DNA of 32,063 nt from Catajapyx aquilonaris (Eukaryota). The stretch is taken from the NCBI GenBank assembly GCA_000934665.2, contig JYFJ02004475.1, positions 1 to 32,063 on the forward strand, read 5' to 3'. The notes beneath the pieces were generated by a model. That model was not told the DNA's origin. It searched no databases and saw only the letters and a program-made list of their open reading frames with translations. A program made the translations under genes and the position numbers. Shown here piece after piece: positions 12,685-22,300 of the stretch; the first letter of the stretch is position 1, and each line of letters begins with the position of its first letter.

Positions 12685-14436
12685 CGCAAGCACCCTCAAT
12701 TCCCACTCCCCTGGAAACTTCTGGGGTGTGTTGCTGCTGTCTTCTAGGAGAACCCAAAATCCAGTAACAACCAGATGAGAGATCACGCCTGGTGTAGGTG
12801 TCACCACCAAGCCGGCGACATTTCAGTTATCTGAAATATATGCAATGAAATGAAGAAGCCAATGGGATGTGGAGGTTAAGGTTTCACAGATAGGCTACCT
12901 ACTGATAGCATGGCAACAGACAAAAAAAAGAGGAAGATATTGACATATGAGAAGGGCATTGCAGCCGACGTTTATCTCCAACTAAGGGACGCCACACCTA
13001 CGAACAATCTTAACTTTCAGTTACAAGAAATTTGAAAATTAGGCATTTAGCTGCCATCTGCTCTTGTGCAAACATGTACCACCTAAAACCGACAGACCTT
13101 GAGAGAAAAATGTTTACGACCTTTTCCAACTCCAACCTCCAACCTCCACCAACGTCCAACCAATCACCTCCAACCAATCACCAACGTCATCATGTCACCA
13201 AGTAGCGAATGAATTTTTAATGAACTACGGACTAATATAGGCGCAATGCAGTGCAAGTACTGCAGATATCATCTTATAAGTTACTTTCTTTAAAATAGTA
13301 CAGGTACAGAAATCATTGCCTTGACCAGCCCATCCAAATTTATGAGAATGTGCCATGCCACACTGCGTGATCCTAACGACCTTTGTATCATTCCTCTCTA
13401 CGCTTGGATGGACTTTGACGGGTCTGAATTTGGCTAGAATTGAGTTGCCAGCCGTCTAGTTGAGTCACCTTCGCTGGTCAGCAGATCATATAAAATCATC
13501 CCACTTCCCACCCAACGTATGTAACATGAGCAGGGATGGAAAAAGAACCGCTTCTTGGAAGTAAGCGGTTCTTTTTCCATCCCTGAACATGAGGCTTCTC
13601 AGATAAATTCACAGAACATAACCATTGCATTGTTATCTCATCTTGCATGTAAGAATCGCACGAGGCATACTTCCAGCAGCTTGTTGCCCACAGCAACATC
13701 AACAGTTAACTGCTAACAATTGCAACCACCAGCCTCTGGCTAGCATCAGACAGAAACATGTCAAAACCGCGGAAAGCTCCTTATACCCACACGGCAAGGA
13801 AGAAGAACCGCGAGAGGATGCGCCTAATGAGGCAAAAGCAGCGTGACGAGAAGGGGATCATTCGCCCTGCTGCAATTGCCACCACCAAGAATCAATTGGT
13901 AATGAGTGAGTTTCAGTTGCATCATGAACACATTTTAGAACTTGGCAATATCAATTGTTTCTGTCCATTACATGATGCATGCTGTTGTTAACTCATTTGG
14001 TATAATGTCCAATCCTCAGCCATCTGCAGTATAATCATTACTTTTATACGCATCGTGCCGGTCATGCTATTGTCAATATTCATTGCTTGTATCCTCCCTT
14101 GGCGGTAAACCCCATCAATAACATGTTACAGTTGGCACCGTGTCATGTCAACAACTGCCAAACCAGCCGTATCTTGGTCGTATGTGCTGCAGGCATGAAA
14201 CCATTGCGAATAACAGATCAATAGTAACACAGGTGATAATGAGTAGGCAGTCCCTCTGAGAAATATGCCAATACACTACTCATTACATAACCACCTTCTC
14301 CTCATGCTGCCCATGTTTGGACATTGCAACAATACACAGCAGCTCAATGCGATGCAGCACGACACGGGTCAACAGTGACCACGCTGAACCCACGTTCCAA
14401 AATTTACGTGTTACGGTCAGAGGGTCATTACGATCC

Positions 14437-14470
14437 GTGACGTCACTGCAAGGTCAAGGTGACGTCACTG
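14437..14470. promoter_or_regulatory. Tandem CRE palindromes with a nuclear-receptor half site
   Basis: TGACGTCA at 14438-14445 and 14460-14467, flanking CAAGGTCA at 14449-14456. Confidence 0.45.
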
Positions 14471-15339
14471 ATCACTGCCAAGCCAACCCCTCCCTCCCTC
14501 CCCACCCCACCCTCTCTATTCCCCCGCTGTGAACACTTACGGACAGATCCGGTCTGCTCGAGTCACTTTCCTCCATCTGCAAAAGCCCCCTCCGCTGCTC
14601 CGCACACCCCAACTTTTGTGTCGGGCTGGGGGTGGAGAGAGGACAAGCGCGGGGGGCGACGAAAAAGGTTGGGGGGTTGCCCAGACTCCCAGACAGGCCA
14701 GACTGGAAAAAAATAAAGAACGAAAACGGGGATAAGCATAGGATAAGCATGCGCATTGCCTCGTTTTAATAAGGGAGATTAAATACGGGTTTAGGACCGG
14801 ATTTAATGGTGATCACGTTGGCGGCGGACCGGTCCAAAAATTGTAGGGGGTGGCTTGTTTCTCTAGGGGACGGGGGACGCCGGGTGGGCGGGCAATGTCT
14901 GGGGGTGACAGTAGGGGGTGATTCACCAGTGATCACGCCGGTGACTCAAAATGGTGATTAAACATGATTAAAGCATGGTGACACGCAGCTGCTATTGGCT
15001 ATCGTGGGTAGTTAAACGCGATTTGTACATGCCGCATTGTTAATGTACCGATGGCGTCAATCGCATTGTGTTAACATGCAAACGGCTGTTGGCACTACAG
15101 TGACGTCGACACGGTTGCATGCAACAACACCGCAATTGAAACCCTTGATATTACACAATAATCAGTAGCTGCGAAAAGTAACTGTTACACGTTCGCAGCT
15201 TGTGGTGTATTAATGACGCATGCGCATGTGCCTTGCGTGACGTAACCGAACTAAAGAGATAATCAGCACAGGCAGTAGGCACGTCACCACACTTCTCTGT
15301 CCGGCCCGACTACCTGTGGATCCAGAGCCATCTCTTGTG

Positions 15340-16381
15340 CCTGCCAAGAAGCGTTGGGCACACTCACAAAAAAAGAACGGCCCACACTGTAATCCGGGTT
15401 GCTCGAACGCGCCGCATCCTCACGAGGCCGAACCCAACCCGGATCGCAGACACCGGGACCATGCCTCCGAAAACAATACGTAGCAGGAAAAAACCTGGAT
15501 CCTAACCTGGTTTTAACCCAGTTTTGTGCGCTCCTAGTGTGTGCTCGATAGACAATACGCACTCGAACCAACGTAGTAACGCAACTGCTTCCCGCCGGCG
15601 CCACCACCCGTCTCCCCCCTCTTTCCCCGTAATGAATAAAATAACCCTCGCATATTGTAAACAACATACTAATCATTCATACACTCCATATGCATTTATT
15701 GGGCCACAAATAAAGTGGCCGTACCGGGCCGTACATTCGGCACCGGTCCGCACGTTTGGTCAATAATTTCAAAATTTTAAACCGGAGCGTACGTTTGACA
15801 TACCCACGGCCATACGGGCAATTTAAACCTGCTGGGTACACCAGGACGTGTACAGCATGCAGGTGCATAGTACAGTGTACGGACCGGTACGGACCGTAAA
15901 TGTGTCTATAATACGGTTGCAGTTTACGCAACCTGTAAAGATGAGAAGGGAGGGTTGGGCTCGACGTGTGATTGGTTGGCTGGGTGTGGAGGGGAAGATG
16001 GGGAGAGAGGGAGGAAGTACGGTGCACCGAGCGAGGCAGGTGGGAGCGGGACCCGAGTGCGTGTGGAAGTTTGAGTTTGAGCGAGGGAGGCAGTGAGGCG
16101 GCGGAGGAAGAGGAAGGCGGCGTGAGGCTCTGGGCTGGAGGCGGTGCCACTTCGGAGCGCGTGCATCCGAACCGGGAGGGACAGGGTTCGGGCCCGGGGC
16201 AGACTCGCATCCGCACTTCGCCCCCACTGCGGGTTCAGAACAGGTTGCTTCCACACGTACCCGGGGTGTCCAGCATTTGTCGGCCTGACCCGCACCACCT
16301 GGCCTGCACTCACAAGTGTGCCTCGCCTTCTGTTGGGTCATTTTGCATTCATCTGCTGAATAGAACACTCACCCGACCGAG
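15340..16381. promoter_or_regulatory. Putative bidirectional DPH6/RCOR promoter and RCOR 5' UTR
   Basis: CpG-rich stretch between the putative DPH6 first exon (donor at 15313, minus) and the RCOR ATG (16382). Reverse CCAAT at ~15971-15975. The coding regions of the flanking genes are comparatively CpG-poor. Confidence 0.5.
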
Positions 16382-19300
16382 ATGGTGCTGGCCGACAGGG
16401 GAGGTGGGCACGAGGATGCCTCCGCACGCAACGGGAGGAGGTCCAGAGGTGGGAGCCCAAGCAACAACGGGCATGCAGCGCAGGGAGGGTCTGACTCAAC
16501 AAGCAGCGACGAGGAGAGGGAAGGAGGTGAGTTGGACTTAGGCTAGTTGCAGTAGGGTATCGTATGTAGCGTATCACTGCCATCACAAGGTTCGTGATAC
16601 GTATGCAGAGTTTGGATTAATATGTTGAGTACAGAGAAGAAAGTGGGAGGTAAGTGAGGTTCATACCGAGAGTACTGTAGAATGAGGATGATAGATAAGC
16701 TGAACAGGGATGTTTTTAATCGCGGTTCATTATGCCACCTTTCCCACAGTGGCATACAATTGTTCAACGAAAATACAGGTATGTCAAGTCAATGTATGGA
16801 TTGTCCAGTGCACCACTCCAGTCCTCAGTGGACATCCCATTAATGTTCATCGAGGACTTCAGATTTTTGACCATTTGGCAATGCCCAATGCTGCATATTC
16901 ATCTGAGGTCGACTGAACATTGGTATGGAACACTGGACATTCAAGACATTGAGTAGGCATTTCTGACCATACTTGGGACATTCCCGTAGCACCGGAGTGT
17001 AGTCTTGAAGGTTATGAAGGTGTTCTGTGACCAACCCCTTTTGCTCCTAGAAGCGAATGCATGGGGGTTAGCCTCCACTTACTCTGTCATGCCCTTCCCA
17101 CCCCTCAGATTGCAGGCGGGCAAGCCCAAGGCCCACATATGTAATGCTGCAATTGGTCATATTGGAGCACCAGATTCAATGACAACCTACCAATATCATA
17201 CAATCATTTTGTACGCTCAACTTTTTAGTATGGTTATTCAAGTTAGTAGAATGATTCATTATTTATTATTGCACACTGCCTGCTTCATTCTTAGAATCTC
17301 TATGTGTTAGTGCAAGACAGCTGGAAGATTCACTCGAATCCACATGGTTGGATGACGGTTCGGAATGTTCACTGGACACAACTGGAAATTAACTGGATTT
17401 TTCCAGATTAATTTGGTTCTGTCTGACTGTAGCAAAAGTCACTAAGGCGGGGTCTGAGGACTGGTATTGCGTTTTTGCCCAACAGTTAATAATGGCCTAT
17501 GGAGCTAAATTTTTGTTAGTTGGAGTTTTAAGAAATTGGGGCTCAATGAAAATGTGACTGCTCAGTGCTGGTTACTTAAAGCAGATCATTACCTTGCATT
17601 ATCATAACTTTTATTAACTTAAGCATCAATGAATGTGCTATTCAAAAATACCCGCTGCCATTATAAAATTGAAATTCAAAAGTACAAAAAATTAGCAATC
17701 TAATTTTCCTGCTTGCAAAAATTGTTAAATCGCCATTTTGAAGCCGATATTCATTAATTGAAGCCATTTGCAGGAACTTTTATTTCTGATCATCGTGCTG
17801 ATCTTATTCTGTGTCTCTACTGCACCTGGGAACAAGGCGAAACCAATCCTTGAACCCCTGAGATGAGTGTTGGGAGAAAAGTGGAATGGGGAAGGGGAAG
17901 GTATTGACACTTGGTGATATGGGGTAGCATTTGAAATGTAATGGGAAATAATTATGTTGGTCTACCCTTTGATATTACCCAGCTGCAAACATCCACTTGA
18001 AATAGCTGCAAAACATATTCTTCCACATTTGGATGGTAGAAATGTAAGTTAGGTTTACAGTTTTGTGTGGACTTGTGCGCCTATTGTACGACAACGTTGC
18101 AGCATTCACATCTAGCCCGAGGAGTGACTAAGCGGGAGCCCAGGGTGACAAGCTGACCATAATGTGGGTTATTATTTTTCAGTTGAAAATTTCAGCCAGC
18201 AGAAGTGGTCGTAGGGTATGAGAATTGAATATTGGATGAGGTGTGTGCACAGGGCAAAGAGCTGTCATGGTGAGGGAAGAGAACCAACTGCAATCCCATG
18301 ATGCCATGCAGATTGGCAGGGCCCCAGATTTGCCTTTGCTTTGGAAAGCCACATGCTGTATTGACTCTTGCAATATGGTATGTTTTCTGGCAAATAACCA
18401 CACAAGTCTAAAGTCTAAATAGTGTTAAGCTCCAAGATATTACTTATTGGAGTTATTGCTCTCCCAACTATCCTGAAACTTTCATAACATTGAACTGCAA
18501 CAAAGAATATCCATTGGGCATGTTCATCCCAGGACTGATGTTGATTTTTTTTGGAGCCTTATTTTTTGCCATCCATCTCTTCAATTCAAATATGTTGGGC
18601 CTCACTCATTTAAATTTGTGAGAATAGTGTGCAGTGTCATACAGTCTTCTTTTCACAGCAGTGACAAAACTTTTCATTTTTGTTAAAACAATGATTTTCC
18701 TGGCTTATTACAATCAACCTAAGTGTAAAGGCCGGTATCCTCGTACGAGAATCTCGCATACGAGCTTTCCTCGAATCTGGGCATGCGCAGTTGGCTCCTC
18801 GCGGCTCCTCGTATGCGAGATTCTCGTACGTGGATACCGGCCTTTAGTTTGAATGCCAATGTAACTTTTGCAAAGGTCTGATTGGGAATGAGCCAAAGCA
18901 ACTGTGACTTTCTGGCTAGTTTTCCAAAGGTAGTAGTATGGTTATATAACCATATGCAATGAAAGGCAAACATAATACACACTGTGAGAATTATCCTAAT
19001 TGTGGAGCAACTCGAGAACAACATCAGAAAGCATTGTTTTTGGTCGGTTGATTCAATTATCTCAATTGCCAAAACACTGCCCATAAGTGTTCTGAAAAAA
19101 CAAGGCACTTGTGAAACATGTCAGTTTTCAGGCTGTAAAGAGGTGGCAATTATATTAAAGGGTGAATCACGTGATTGATGGTAAATTGAGAACAAGAATT
19201 AATTCTACATAACATGGGATCAACCACTTTCTCAGGTTATAATGTAGCATCGATCATGCTAGCAGCCCTCACTGCTGCTCAAAGCAGTGTAATTTTTCTG

Positions 19301-22300
19301 GTCAGAATTAGTCATCATACTCATGGGGGGCGTGGGAGGCGGAGTGGTGCTGCGGTAACGTATGCGCCCACGGATGTTAAGCTCCCGGGTTCGATCCCAA
19401 CCCGGGGACACCCCCTTCATCTTGTGCAGAGTTCATTGGGTCACCTCTGGCTTCGTCTCGGGTGGTATTTCCTACAGACTAAACCACCCGGGGGAGTTCA
19501 CTAAAAATGGCCACATAAAGACATTGCACTGCACCTTGCACATCCCCTCCTGTCATCCTGCCCGTGGGCCCGGGCGCTACATAAAAAGGCTCAAATGTAC
19601 TTGATGTAATAAATAAAGGTCCGTGCTGCATACCTCAGATGAGGTCAAGCACTACCCCTGATTATTATATTATTATTATATTATTATTACTCATGGGGGG
19701 CATTTCTTGGGGCTGAAAATGGAACAAGGGGATGTGCCAGTTGCATGAATTCATTGTTAGAGCTCATGGCATTGATGTTTGATCACACCTGTGGCATGAC
19801 ATGGTGTGCCAGTAAAATCTGACCATAACATACCCTGGAGGCTTGGGCACAGCGAAACTATCCCATTGCGGATTTCAGTTTGGTTCCAGGACAGGACTCG
19901 AAATGTACTTCTGTCATATATGGTCACATACAGTATAGGCGACGGGTAATTCCATGACAGTTCATCCAAGCAATGCCACCCTACATATTCCAATTTTTAC
20001 CAAATTTGGCACATGTGTTAAGACTGACATCAGTAGTGCGTCTGAATATTTTCAAGTAGCAGAGGTCAATTATAGGTCAGGAGGAAAAAAATGAAACAAA
20101 AAATGCACATTTTACAACATGTTGCCTTATATCTTCGGGACTACACATGCTAGGAGTATGGCCAATATGTCATTTGATTCACAACATTATGGAGAATCTA
20201 CCACACACCTTGATAGATTTGAGTAGCGTAAACTACCCGCAAAAAGTGGGAGGTCGGTGACATGACCTTTGACCCTTTGAGTATGACGTAAGGTAGAAAC
20301 CTGAGAAAAATATCCACGTGTACCTCTGCTCAATGCCTTTCATGAAACAAAGTTTAAGACTGGTAATATGTTCTGTTTTAGAGAAAAAAAATCCTAAGCG
20401 TAACCCCACCCGGCCTGCAACTGTCCTTCTCCTTCCCCGCTCACGTCTCCTGCAAGGTGTCCACGATCTTGTAAGCTACTAACATGGCGTCTGATAAAAA
20501 TATGGAAAAATACTCACATACTCATTCAATTATACCTAATGATTTTAAAAAATCCCAATGGAAACATGATACCTTTGCCAGTCAGTAAATCCTAAGCTAT
20601 CTGCACAGCTTGCACCAGGCCCTCTTATCTTGCTTGTTACCCCAGACCTCCTTATCAATAAAGCAGGCCAGATGGGTGAGAGGAGTAATATGAAACCTCC
20701 AGGGGAAGGACGAGTATTATTTTGCAACATCCGCACATACCAGGCCAGGACCAGCTTGCTGTCAAACTTACAATATATTTATGGTTATGTGGAATCACAC
20801 ATAAGACTAGTCATTGTACTAATTTCCCCCCTCGAAACTTGAGGTATGAGATTTTACCAGTTCTGGGGCCAGAGTCATGGTGATCTGACATGTCTTTGCT
20901 GAGCTCCTCTAGTGTGTGTTAGCGACAAACGTGCACCATATACTCCGTAAATTCCTCGAATAAGTGGTTGAAAATATATTCATCATGGATGAATGCTCAT
21001 TCAGTGGTATTGGTGGCAACTGCCATAAACTGGTACACACAAGTCACCAAGGTCTACTAATTCCCAGTGAAGAAGACAAGGACTTATTATCACAGAGAAC
21101 TGGTGTTCCACCGACCTCTATTTGTCAATATATACGTCGTCATCACAGTCAAGTTCTTCTGCGGCGAACATTTTCGTCGCTGAAGAGAAGGTGCTGCAAC
21201 CCTTTTGGACTTCATAAGGAATCACCAAGAACTAAATGTTTGAAAGAGATTACCAGTGACTTTTACGGGAAGGTGAGGGCATTCGCGCCCTTCGCCGTGC
21301 CAGGACAGAAGATCTGCATCCAGTGCAATATAGAAGGCCACAGAAGATTTCCGGAAGCACCTCCAGCACAAGTGACATTGTCTCTACCTTCATCCCAGAC
21401 CTTCGAGGGCCCTTCCACTAGCAATACCTCTCAATTGATTTGTGTCAGTCAAGAGCCACCTGGTACTTCAGATGTAGAAATGGAGTGTCAAACTGCCACA
21501 TCTTCATCATCTCATGACGATCCAGAAGGTTCTGTCCTGGAAGTTAACACCGCCCTGGCGTCACTAGTTGAAACAGCGTTGAAGAGGAGTAAGTTTCGAT
21601 AAATGGCAATGATAAATTTAGCTAGTCATATATTCAAAAAATCTAAGCAAAAAAGCACAAAATCTAGAGCATGTTTCAGAAGAGGAAGTGCGTGCATGTC
21701 ATGAGAAGCTCCCTCCTTGACGTGAGACAGTGAGAACAGTGACAGGAACACAGCGTTTTCACAGGTTCAAACCTGTGTCCCTTACCCACCTCCAAGTTTT
21801 TGAAGTCTCCTCCTCACCAAATACAATGAAAGCAGTGCGCGTCAGCAGGCGAGAACAGAGTGATTCTAAGTTAGAAATGGAGCCACAGTTATTCAGTGTT
21901 GGTGATTATGCTTCTTGTGTTTGCAAAGGCGTACTTTGGATAAGTTTGGATAGGCTGTTTCAGACATATCCTCTGAATTTGGTGATTACCATGAGATGCT
22001 GCATCCAAGTAAGTGGTTGTGCCCAAGAATATCGATGTGCCCACGGATGTTAAGGTCCCGGGTTCGATCCCAGCCCGGGGACACCCCCTTCATCTCGTGC
22101 AGAGTTCATGGTGACCTCTGGCTTCGTCTTGGGTGGTATTTCCAATAGACTAAACCACCTGAGGGAGTCCACTAAAAATGGCCACGATTAAGACATTGCA
22201 CTGCACCTTGCACATTCCCTCCTGTCAACCTGCCTGTTGGCCCGGGCATTTCAAAAATAAGGTCTATGTACTACAAGTTACAATAAAGGTCTGTGCCGCA

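Noticed and set aside
12801..12803. Selenocysteine or readthrough at the uORF TGA
   Set aside because: Further stops follow shortly in that frame, it is out of frame with DPH6, and no SECIS was recognised.
15677..16541. Overlapping 130-190 aa ORFs near the RCOR start
   Set aside because: Expected in GC-rich promoter/UTR DNA. The CoREST-like frame begins at 16382 in a different frame.
18728..18844. Pre-miRNA hairpin
   Set aside because: Near-perfect TIRs, TA flanks and a large loop fit a MITE better. No small-RNA evidence is available.
19332..19410. tRNA gene
   Set aside because: It has A/B boxes but no convincing cloverleaf. It is the head of a SINE with a body, tail and TSD.
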